Source: a virus
Lineage: Duplodnaviria > Caudoviricetes
Length of the DNA: 63,217 bases
Direction: 5' to 3' (one strand)
Virus record (IMG/VR): IMGVR_UViG_3300008339_006649
Span: 1-63,217 of that record
Shown here: in pieces, positions 39,659 to 49,287 of the stretch
Layout: the number at the start of each line of letters is the position of its first letter
Position numbering within the stretch: position 1 is the first letter of the stretch
The notes under the pieces: generated by a model
The model's input: only the letters and a program-made list of their open reading frames with translations
Database searches by the model: none
What the model was told of the DNA's origin: nothing
Translations under genes and position numbers: made by a program

Positions 39659-42600
39659 ATGACCAAAAGTTATCGAATAAGAACCCAACCGGGAGTAGAC
39701 AAAAATATAAGAATAAACGTAAATCAAGATTTTGATTTTTTGGAAATTTTATCCTTAAAATTAAAACAAGAAGACGTATATACCAGATTTTGTGCCGATT
39801 ATGGTGTTGTTGCCGGAAGAGTTATAGTTAATGGTGGGTATGGAGTACCTAATGCTAATGTATCCATTTTTATACCATTAGACGCTATTGATGAAAATGA
39901 TCCAGTAATATCCACATTATATCCATACAAAGCTGTCGACCAAAAAAATGAAGACGGTTATCGTTATAATCTTTTACCTTATAGACAAGAATATGCAGGT
40001 CACACCCCTACTGGTACTTTTCCAGATAGAGAAGATATATTAACAAGACGTGAAGTTTTAGAAGTTTACGAAAAATACTATAAGTATACTGTAAAAACAA
40101 ATGAGAGTGGTGACTTTATGATTATTGGGGCACCTTTAGGGATTCAAACTTTAGTTTTAGATTTGGACCTATCCAATATTGGATGTTTTTCGTTGAGACC
40201 CGCAGATTTTATTAGGGCTGGATTGGCAGGACCCGAACAATTTAACGGAGACCAATTTAAATCCTCAACTGATTTGGGGTCACTTCCACAATTAGTTAAC
40301 ATTAAAAATGATATAGACGTAACATCTTTTTGGGGTGAAACTGATTTGTGTAATATTGGTATCACTAGATCTGATTTTGACCTTAGAGATTTTGGTATTG
40401 ATATTAAACCACACGCAGTTTTTATGGGTTCCATTTTCTCAACCGCAGATGAAGATTTTTTAAAAACTAACTGTAAACCTAAAAAAGACTCAGGTAACTT
40501 ATGTGACTTAGTTACGGCATCTGGAACAATACAATCGATTAGACAAACCATAAATTACGATGGTAATGGAAGACCAATATTAGAACAATTCTCTCTTCCT
40601 GAGGGTGGTAAAATAATAGATGATAATGGTACTTGGTTAACTGAAGTCCCGATGAACTTAGATTACGTAACGACAAATGAATTTGGAGAGCAAGTATTAT
40701 CTAATGACCCATCGGTTGGTATTCCAACTAAAGGTAGATATAGGTTTAGAATACAATACCAAAATGAAGATGGGTTAAGAAGTGACGTACTAAGAGCGGA
40801 TTATTTAGTACCTAATGTTAAAGAATGGGGGTGGACAGGAACCAATCCACCTGCGGGGTCTTCTGCCCAACTTAAATCGTATGCCTTTAGTTTAGATTGG
40901 AATGATTACGGAGATACTGGTACTACGATTGGTCAACAGATGATAACTGAGGCTATTAATTGTGAGGACAGATTTTATGAATTAAATTTTAATAAAGTTT
41001 ATACCATTGCTAATTTTTTAGATAGATGGAAATGGGGGTATAATAGAAGTAGACATTTGGGTATTAAAGAGATTACTAATAGAACATGTACCACAACAAC
41101 AAATAGATTTCCTGTTAATGATGGTGTAAGAAATTTTGATTTTATATATTTCTTATTTAATTTACTCGTTACTATTTTTACCCCTGTATTTGTTGCTATA
41201 ATACCTGTTTTACATTTACTTGCACTTGTGTGGCCAATTTTAAAATGGGTTATTGCTATAGTACTACCTGGTTTATTATTATTCTTTGCGATTCAATATG
41301 GTATCGCCGCGTTTGCCGCCTTTCCGGCGGTTGGTTTAATAGTCTTGTACGCGGCAGTTGCAATAATTTTGGCGGCCGCGGCGACATTATTTGCAATTAA
41401 AGTATCTCCTATGTTAACCAAGTTTAAGTTTAAAGGGTTAAATCTACCTATGATGTCTTACCCTGATTGTGAATCTTGTCCTTGTGATGTACCTGATTTA
41501 GAGACAGATGAAGTACAAGGTAATTTATTTGGAGGGGGAGGTAACCAAAGTACTAAAATTGGTAAATATACAGTGAATAGTAGAACTAGTGGTTCAATAC
41601 TTGCGGACATTAATTCAAATACATTCTACTTAAATGCAGTTAATTTTAATAATTGTAATTTTAATAATGATAACCAAATACACCAATCTGCGTATAGTAA
41701 TCCACAACCTGTTGGTCCTACTTATTTTTGTTATTTAGACCCTGAAGATTATTTTGGATCGGATAATAAAAAAAATCAAAAGTATCAGGCAGATGCTTAT
41801 GGTATTAGATATGGTATTGCTGGATACCCTACTTCACCTGAAATTGGTTTACCAATAGTCGCTGATTTAACCGATACCAAATACTTACAACAAAGAGATG
41901 TACCATACGCACAGTCTTTAAATTTAGCAAATGTTAAGTCTAGATATTTTGATACTACTGCGTCAAACAGAATTACAACAAAAATAAATGGTAATAATCC
42001 ACTTGTAAGGGATAATGTAATGATATTACTTGTTGACCAAAATACCGCAAGTCAATTATCATCAGGAACTATTGTTACTTTCCACGACACTTCAAATTTA
42101 AATGATATAAACCTAACAGGATTAACCGTACAAAATCAATTTGGGTCTAATTCAATTACGGGGTCTAGTGTAACAGGATTTACTCAAATACCAATAACAT
42201 TTGCAAATCCTTCTAACGGAGCACCACAAACTGTGAATGTGTCCATTTCAGGAAGTACCTCTGAAAAAGAATATTTGGCTAAAACAGGTGTTGAGTATTT
42301 TCAAGTAATTACCGGTATGACAACATATAATGCTGATTTATTAGCATCAGGTATAAAAATATCAACAACACCAAATCCTAATAACCATGGGGATACGTCA
42401 AACTTACTTAGAAAATATATCCTGAATAAAAGACAACAAATTAGATATCGTGATGGTAATAATAATCAACAAACTGAATTAATTAATCCATTAACAGTAA
42501 TAGGTGATAGTTGGAAGAACTTAGAATTAATATTTTTAGTAAGAGGCGTTGATTTATACACTGAAAAACAAACAATAGAATATGACCTATCTACAATATT

Positions 42601-44668
42601 TGGAACAACAATAAAAGTTTCAGGTAGTTTTTATATGAACAGACCAATCCAACCTAACTCAGGGTCTGGATTATGGTATACTAACGCAAAAACTCCCGAA
42701 TCACATGATGTTGGATACTCATCACAATATTTATATCACCAGCCTTTTAATTTCCAAGTAGATAACACACAGTTTAGTTCTGTGACATCTACAACAATAA
42801 AATATTATTCATCACTAGATAAATCTATAGGTGCGGGTTATACTCCGTCAGGTGGTTTGGGTATTGGTGTATATACTGGTGGTAATATTATAGATGACAG
42901 TGGAGACCCTCAACAAACACTAAGATTTTATGGGTCAACATATCAAGGTAATGTTGAAGGCGGGTCATTATTAGCTACGACTCAGTCCACAACAGGAACA
43001 TTTAGTTCATTAGGTAACTACAACGGTAGGAATTATTCACCGGCTTACCATATAACTAATTCCGCTCTTTTTGTGACTATTTCAGGACCTAACCCTAAAT
43101 TAGTGATGAGGTCAGATAGGTTACCAACTTCAGATAAAACCCAAGTTTTTGGTACAATATCACATTTACTACATCAAAACGATAACTTTGGAATTTATTT
43201 ATATAATGATGGGGGGGCTTCCTCATTGTTTGCAAATCAAGCAACCGATACTTCAAACAACGCTCAGGACTTTGGGCCTGATGGTGCACCTACACAAGCA
43301 AGTAGTGTTTTGTCAACCTTTGATTGTGCGGGAATGGTGCCATTAAAATGTTATGAAATAGACCCTGTCACAAATAGTTTCACCGTTGAAACACCATGTC
43401 CTGATAACGAGAATCCGGTAAGGGTAAAATCTGGCTGTTACCAATTTATTCAAAAACCATATCTTGTTGGTATAGGTAAAGATTTACAAAATTTTTCAGA
43501 ATGGAAATCAAGATTTAGAATGATGTTTGGTGCGTGTCGAGGAATATTCTCTCACGTATTCCAAAACAATTGGGTTAACGGTAGTTTATATATGTTCTCA
43601 TTTAAAAAACAGACAACATTAAATCTACCAGGACAACCAAAAAAATATAAATTTTGCGGTACATATGAATCAACAACAAGACCTGGACAAGGGCCTATTT
43701 TTTATACTTCAGGGTCAACTAATTCTTTTTTCTATAGATCCACACCATACAATGGTACAGATTTTATAGGACAAATACCTAAACAAGGTACCTTCTTAAA
43801 CCCATCAATACAACCTGTAGATTTTGATGGAATTAATGATAGAAATTTAATGTTCCCTACCACAATAATGGATATGGGACCTAGAGATGAATTTACTAAA
43901 GAAATATGTACAAGCCCTGATTTTGAAGGTTACATTATCGATACGATTAAATCCACCTCATTTAATGACACTTCTGACTTATTACAATTGTTCATAATTT
44001 CTAGATTAATTAATACTAACTTCCTCGGTGCTATTTTAGGTTTGGGGGATGCTTCTATAAATAAAATGTTTTCTAGAACTTCAGACAGATTGGATGGTGA
44101 TATTACACAATTATTTAGTATTAATAGTGAATATGGGGTTGCTGGATTTAGTGAAGATGAGTATGATGGTGCGGGAGACATATACATTGCAACATCAGGA
44201 CCTGCAACTATGGGAGTATTTTTTACATCAAACACCGAAAATAGAATTGTAGTTACACCAGGGGTAACAACTTTTACACCACAGTTAACTAACTTTTACG
44301 GGTATCCTAAAACTCAAGAGGTACCATTTTACCAATGGCAATTGACACAACAAAGCGTACCAACAATTTTTGGGTCAGACACGAATGAATGGAATACAAA
44401 TATAATTGGTTCAGGATTTTACTCTGAAAAATATCAAGCATTAAGTTTTAAACAAGCACCACTATCGCAGTACTTTAATAATTTAAATACAGGGCAAAGA
44501 GGGTTTATATACAATTCAAATGCAACAGGAACTGATGAGACATTCCCTGCTGGACAATCCAATAGCTTTTTAGTTGGTGCCCCTTACCATTTTTATTTTG
44601 GTCTAAACAAAGGTAAATCCGCAATAAGTAGATATATCACAAAATACATATTAAATCAAGATGTCTAA
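39659..44668 (+). CDS. Large virion structural protein with an internal hydrophobic multi-helix segment
   Basis: 1669 aa after gp6; N-terminal GRVIVNGGYGVPNANVSIF beta-sandwich motif; hydrophobic stretch at 41141-41400. Confidence 0.6.
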   Translation: MTKSYRIRTQPGVDKNIRINVNQDFDFLEILSLKLKQEDVYTRFCADYGVVAGRVIVNGGYGVPNANVSIFIPLDAIDENDPVISTLYPYKAVDQKNEDGYRYNLLPYRQEYAGHTPTGTFPDREDILTRREVLEVYEKYYKYTVKTNESGDFMIIGAPLGIQTLVLDLDLSNIGCFSLRPADFIRAGLAGPEQFNGDQFKSSTDLGSLPQLVNIKNDIDVTSFWGETDLCNIGITRSDFDLRDFGIDIKPHAVFMGSIFSTADEDFLKTNCKPKKDSGNLCDLVTASGTIQSIRQTINYDGNGRPILEQFSLPEGGKIIDDNGTWLTEVPMNLDYVTTNEFGEQVLSNDPSVGIPTKGRYRFRIQYQNEDGLRSDVLRADYLVPNVKEWGWTGTNPPAGSSAQLKSYAFSLDWNDYGDTGTTIGQQMITEAINCEDRFYELNFNKVYTIANFLDRWKWGYNRSRHLGIKEITNRTCTTTTNRFPVNDGVRNFDFIYFLFNLLVTIFTPVFVAIIPVLHLLALVWPILKWVIAIVLPGLLLFFAIQYGIAAFAAFPAVGLIVLYAAVAIILAAAATLFAIKVSPMLTKFKFKGLNLPMMSYPDCESCPCDVPDLETDEVQGNLFGGGGNQSTKIGKYTVNSRTSGSILADINSNTFYLNAVNFNNCNFNNDNQIHQSAYSNPQPVGPTYFCYLDPEDYFGSDNKKNQKYQADAYGIRYGIAGYPTSPEIGLPIVADLTDTKYLQQRDVPYAQSLNLANVKSRYFDTTASNRITTKINGNNPLVRDNVMILLVDQNTASQLSSGTIVTFHDTSNLNDINLTGLTVQNQFGSNSITGSSVTGFTQIPITFANPSNGAPQTVNVSISGSTSEKEYLAKTGVEYFQVITGMTTYNADLLASGIKISTTPNPNNHGDTSNLLRKYILNKRQQIRYRDGNNNQQTELINPLTVIGDSWKNLELIFLVRGVDLYTEKQTIEYDLSTIFGTTIKVSGSFYMNRPIQPNSGSGLWYTNAKTPESHDVGYSSQYLYHQPFNFQVDNTQFSSVTSTTIKYYSSLDKSIGAGYTPSGGLGIGVYTGGNIIDDSGDPQQTLRFYGSTYQGNVEGGSLLATTQSTTGTFSSLGNYNGRNYSPAYHITNSALFVTISGPNPKLVMRSDRLPTSDKTQVFGTISHLLHQNDNFGIYLYNDGGASSLFANQATDTSNNAQDFGPDGAPTQASSVLSTFDCAGMVPLKCYEIDPVTNSFTVETPCPDNENPVRVKSGCYQFIQKPYLVGIGKDLQNFSEWKSRFRMMFGACRGIFSHVFQNNWVNGSLYMFSFKKQTTLNLPGQPKKYKFCGTYESTTRPGQGPIFYTSGSTNSFFYRSTPYNGTDFIGQIPKQGTFLNPSIQPVDFDGINDRNLMFPTTIMDMGPRDEFTKEICTSPDFEGYIIDTIKSTSFNDTSDLLQLFIISRLINTNFLGAILGLGDASINKMFSRTSDRLDGDITQLFSINSEYGVAGFSEDEYDGAGDIYIATSGPATMGVFFTSNTENRIVVTPGVTTFTPQLTNFYGYPKTQEVPFYQWQLTQQSVPTIFGSDTNEWNTNIIGSGFYSEKYQALSFKQAPLSQYFNNLNTGQRGFIYNSNATGTDETFPAGQSNSFLVGAPYHFYFGLNKGKSAISRYITKYILNQDV

Positions 44669-46412
44669 CGAAAACGAAATATTAATAGTATTAGGGTCCA
44701 AAAGGTTTGCATCTAATAGTAATAAAGATGTTTGGATTCAACCACCATTAATCGGTGATAGAAGAACTATGGTTGAGGGTGATAGGTCAGTAACTTTAAA
44801 CTTAGTCGAACAATTTAATACGGAACGACAAGAAAGTGATACATTCAGATTGTCAGGTAAAATAGTAAATATATTTAATAATACGGTAAGTGGTAAAACA
44901 ACTTATACTCCATACAGAAACATTTTATATTATACAAATGCTATTGCAAACGCTACGGCCAATATCCCACCAAACCCATCAGTTGCTTGGGAAGGTTACC
45001 CACAATTTGATGAGTTCACTATGGTTAGAGATTCTTCAGTTAACGGACATAGAACATTTATTCCAAAAAGTTCAACAACTTATAATTGGTCGATATATGC
45101 GTCTTATGCGTACAGTAGCGATACCCAACAACAAATGGCTTACACTAATGAAGACTACAATGTTACTAATAATTTTGTTGTTTCTGATGGTATACCTTTT
45201 GTGATGGATACATCACAATTTAATGGTAAAAATTTAGTTTACTTTAACTGTGGTACCAAACATAATTTAACACCAGGGGAATGGGTAGAATTAAATATAC
45301 CATCAAACCCAACTGGGTTAGGAGGTCAGTTGGTTTTTCAAGTATATGATTTAGGTAACGGTATTTACGGGTCTGAAGAAAATGTTTTTAGTATTTATAA
45401 TCTTAAGTTTCCAGTTTCTCAAACAACTACAGGTACATTTGGCACCTTTAAAAGAATTGGAAACATCCAAAATAGCGGTGAAACTAAATCTATATATTAT
45501 GTTAGATTACATAAAATTTTAACAAATATAGAAGACTGTAATATTGTGCAAGGGGGATTTGAGAATAGTCCTTTTTATAAAAAAACTAAATTGGAATACT
45601 CTGCACTGACACCAAATCAAGTACAAAGAGTTTCAACTAAAGAGGGTAGTAAGACTTTTTCATATACTTTTAATAGAGACATATTAATAAATGGATTAAA
45701 AGATAATAATGGAAAACCAGTTACTGAACTTTTTGTTACAATGATAGAAAGAGGGTATATGGGTTGGTTTAACCCGCCGGCAATAACTCAAACAGGTTCA
45801 CAAACAGGATTAGATATTGGGTGGGGGTTTAATTTTTTAAAAAACTCAATAGATACTTGGTGGGACCACAACTCTACGGTTAATAAAGATAACATACCTT
45901 TAGGTTCTTATGAACAACCAGCAGGTAGCGGACAATTTTTTTATTACAATGATTTTTTAAAAATAGGCGATGTAATAAAAGGGGATTTTTGTGAATACAA
46001 TTACGTAGAACAAAAAGAGTATGTTATTTCACCAATGTATCATAAGTACTCATTTAATTCTAATTATTTTTACGATAACTCAACGGTTAATTACCCAAGT
46101 GGTTACGGTTACGAACCACACACATCAGTACCTATTAGGGTTTTTAGTGATTATCTTGAGTACGGGTCTAAAGATAGTGTGGATAATATTCCTGTTTATG
46201 CTTGGTATTCAGAATATAACGATACATTTATTTGGCGAGATATATACACATACGGATATGTTGACGGGGATAATTTAGGGGTCGATTACCCATTTGTTAA
46301 TGGTGCTCATTACCCATTCAGTTCTATATTATTCTTACAAAAACCAATACAAAGAACTGATAAAGTTAATACTAATCTAATAAACCAACCAATCAACGAT
46401 AATTGTGAATAA
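44661..46412 (+). CDS. Putative baseplate/virion structural protein
   Basis: 583 aa, overlapping its neighbours, aromatic/Asn/Thr-rich. Confidence 0.55.
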   Translation: MSNENEILIVLGSKRFASNSNKDVWIQPPLIGDRRTMVEGDRSVTLNLVEQFNTERQESDTFRLSGKIVNIFNNTVSGKTTYTPYRNILYYTNAIANATANIPPNPSVAWEGYPQFDEFTMVRDSSVNGHRTFIPKSSTTYNWSIYASYAYSSDTQQQMAYTNEDYNVTNNFVVSDGIPFVMDTSQFNGKNLVYFNCGTKHNLTPGEWVELNIPSNPTGLGGQLVFQVYDLGNGIYGSEENVFSIYNLKFPVSQTTTGTFGTFKRIGNIQNSGETKSIYYVRLHKILTNIEDCNIVQGGFENSPFYKKTKLEYSALTPNQVQRVSTKEGSKTFSYTFNRDILINGLKDNNGKPVTELFVTMIERGYMGWFNPPAITQTGSQTGLDIGWGFNFLKNSIDTWWDHNSTVNKDNIPLGSYEQPAGSGQFFYYNDFLKIGDVIKGDFCEYNYVEQKEYVISPMYHKYSFNSNYFYDNSTVNYPSGYGYEPHTSVPIRVFSDYLEYGSKDSVDNIPVYAWYSEYNDTFIWRDIYTYGYVDGDNLGVDYPFVNGAHYPFSSILFLQKPIQRTDKVNTNLINQPINDNCE

Positions 46413-47247
46413 TAACTATTATAGATTTTCATTAAACGTATCCGATAAGGATATAATAATACCCGTTGAAATAACCTTTGACCAAGAAGGTAGAGAGCAA
46501 GGTGTTGAAGAATATGAAAGTGAAGTTTTAGAAAGGGTTATAAATGGTGTTGATGACTTTGAAATATCAAAATTTGCGCACGCCCCTTGGGACACTAATA
46601 ATGATGTGACACAAGTACACTACCAATTTAATTTTTTTAACCCAAATACCACAACGGATTTTATAAATAACCCACCCACGATTACGGATTGGTTGGACGA
46701 CTATCAATATGCGACATTTACTGATAGTGAAATTTATTATTTCTCAAATTCATTTAAAGGTAGTTTTTTTAAATTAGATTTTTACGATAGTAAAACTAAT
46801 GAAAACCAAAAAATACTTTTCTCAGTCGTATTACCAACTCAACAAGGATTAAAAGAACCTGGGTTTATTGGTCCACAGTTTAATCAAACTACAGTTCAAG
46901 TAAAAAAACCAAAATACATTTTAGACTATACTGGTCAAGATAAAGAAGGGTTTTTCTACTATTGGTTAAAAAATCCTGATTATTTAAATCAAACTACATT
47001 TTACATGTCTTGTAAATTCTTTAACGCAAAAAAAGGTCAATTTATTAGAATGATGAATAAACCACAATCAACATTAACTGGTGCTGGTGTATACAATTTT
47101 GATAAAGAATCATTTTTTTATTACAAAGTAATGTTTGACCAAACTAATTATGAGTATAAAGTCTATGAAGAAAGTACAGGACTACGAGTTGGAGTTGGTC
47201 CTTTAGCCTCTGAAGCTATAATTTGGTATGAATATGTTAACCCATAA
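46405..47247 (+). CDS. Putative virion structural protein
   Basis: 280 aa, GTG start overlapping the previous gene. Confidence 0.55.
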   Translation: MNNNYYRFSLNVSDKDIIIPVEITFDQEGREQGVEEYESEVLERVINGVDDFEISKFAHAPWDTNNDVTQVHYQFNFFNPNTTTDFINNPPTITDWLDDYQYATFTDSEIYYFSNSFKGSFFKLDFYDSKTNENQKILFSVVLPTQQGLKEPGFIGPQFNQTTVQVKKPKYILDYTGQDKEGFFYYWLKNPDYLNQTTFYMSCKFFNAKKGQFIRMMNKPQSTLTGAGVYNFDKESFFYYKVMFDQTNYEYKVYEESTGLRVGVGPLASEAIIWYEYVNP

Positions 47248-48347
47248 TGGAATCTGAAAAATTTAGTGTATTAATATCCCCTGAAGTTATATCTTCAGAT
47301 CTTGTTGGGTTTGTTTATACCGCATCAACTAGTGATGGTAATATCAGTCAACCTGGATATGTGTATTCAGGAATGTCCTACATATTAAGTGGAGGAACAA
47401 ATGGAGATTCTTTACTCACGGGATTAACAATGCCTCTATTATTTACTCAAACTTATAATGATATTGGATTTTATTCTGAGTTTGATGGACTTATGGTACA
47501 AAAAGATATTGTTACAAATTTTCTTTATTCAGGAAATAGTACCACAAATTTAAATTCAGTTACTTTGTATAATACTTCTGGTGATTACACTGTTAGTTAT
47601 TTAGATTTCACTACATATATTGTTGATTGGGGTGACGGATCTCCAACTCAACAATTAACTACAACATCATTAACACACACATATTTAGTTAATAGTGGTT
47701 ACACAATAACTTTATCAGGGTCAAACCCATGGGGTGTAACAGTAATTCAAAAACCAATAACAATACCATTACAATCGGTAACAATACCAAACCCAAGTGG
47801 TAATATTGTATTTACACCACAACAAGGTAATTGGGCTAATATCCCTATCTCATATAATTACATTTATGATTTAGACTCAAATAATACGGTGGCTTATCAA
47901 GTATCTAGTAACTGGGCTACCGTTCCATTTGCTGTCCAAGGTTATACAAAATCAAGATTACAAGATTTAAAAAGATGGGGACCTGTACCATATACCATTG
48001 GGTATGTGTTTAATAAAAACGGACAAGTTTTTGGACAAGTGAATTCAATAACCAACGACGTTACTGGGTACACTATTAATAATGTTGATTATTACGATTT
48101 AATAAATGGAAAAACATTGTATGTTATTAATAGTAGTGGTCTAACTCCTAATGATATTATTGCATCTGCAATTACAAAAAATGAATATTTATTGGATTTT
48201 GTAATGGCTCCTGAAATACAAACAGACATTTATGTTGAAAGGGGTAAATATTCGGCATTTGAGGCTTTACAAAGATTGGGTGAGGTTGATAATATTGGAG
48301 ACATGGTTAGTTATGGGTATGGATTCTTCAAAATTAATACGACATAA
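47247..48347 (+). CDS. Virion protein with a PKD-like Ig domain
   Basis: YIVDWGDGSP...THTY...YTITL is the PKD signature. Confidence 0.65.
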   Translation: MESEKFSVLISPEVISSDLVGFVYTASTSDGNISQPGYVYSGMSYILSGGTNGDSLLTGLTMPLLFTQTYNDIGFYSEFDGLMVQKDIVTNFLYSGNSTTNLNSVTLYNTSGDYTVSYLDFTTYIVDWGDGSPTQQLTTTSLTHTYLVNSGYTITLSGSNPWGVTVIQKPITIPLQSVTIPNPSGNIVFTPQQGNWANIPISYNYIYDLDSNNTVAYQVSSNWATVPFAVQGYTKSRLQDLKRWGPVPYTIGYVFNKNGQVFGQVNSITNDVTGYTINNVDYYDLINGKTLYVINSSGLTPNDIIASAITKNEYLLDFVMAPEIQTDIYVERGKYSAFEALQRLGEVDNIGDMVSYGYGFFKINTT

Positions 48348-48378
48348 AAAATAAGATAAACTATTTATAAAATAAAAC

Positions 48379-49287
48379 ATGGCACTTGGAACATATGGTA
48401 TTGTAAGACCTGCAGATGTATCACCTGATGATGTTGATGTGATATTACATTATACTGCATCTAGAGACGTTACAGATAATTTTTTATTAAAAAAATTAAA
48501 TGCTAAAAGTATTTTAACACCGTATTTTCATAATGGTGAAACTGGTGGTAACGCTAATGTTGAAATACTTGGTGGTTTATATAATTTAAAATTACCGGCA
48601 TCAGAATTTAATAAAAAAGGAATTTATACTGTTTATATAAGACCTGCTGAGATTAGAACTACAATTACGGATTGTGGAGTACTTTCGGCATTACCAAACG
48701 TTAAAGGGATAATTATTAACATTAACGACGTACCATCAGTCTTTAGAAATAAATTCACAAATCAAGGTTTGGTAGGATTTAGAGTGGAATACTTAAACCA
48801 AGATGGGACAAAAATACCTAATTTTTATAGAATAGTTACGTCATCTTTCTTTTGTGAACCAGTAGTGACCGAACAAGTTAATTCATCACAAAAAAATATT
48901 AGATATAGATATGTTGATGGAGGTAGCGATTTAATTTTTTGTACTTTATCACCATCGTCATCACCAACAAACAAACCAAACGCAACTCCATTTATTGGTC
49001 AACCAAACCAAAGTATTATAGTTACAAATACTTTTTTCAATCCAATCACTATTGATATTCAAATGGCTGATTATGATTTAGATACTATTGCGATAGCTCT
49101 TTATGGTAATCAAACTAAGAGTATTGAGGATGGTATATATACATTGTACGACAGTGCTGGTAATATATACAAACAATACAACTTGTTTGAGGTTAGAGAT
49201 AACTTTAATGAGTTATTGTATGAGGTTAGACAGGATAGGGGTAATAACATAGATTTTAGTAAAAACTTTACAAATATTATTACTTAA
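48379..49287 (+). CDS. Putative baseplate structural protein
   Basis: 302 aa; TATTTATA upstream (48362-48369); coupled to the next gene. Confidence 0.55.
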   Translation: MALGTYGIVRPADVSPDDVDVILHYTASRDVTDNFLLKKLNAKSILTPYFHNGETGGNANVEILGGLYNLKLPASEFNKKGIYTVYIRPAEIRTTITDCGVLSALPNVKGIIININDVPSVFRNKFTNQGLVGFRVEYLNQDGTKIPNFYRIVTSSFFCEPVVTEQVNSSQKNIRYRYVDGGSDLIFCTLSPSSSPTNKPNATPFIGQPNQSIIVTNTFFNPITIDIQMADYDLDTIAIALYGNQTKSIEDGIYTLYDSAGNIYKQYNLFEVRDNFNELLYEVRQDRGNNIDFSKNFTNIIT

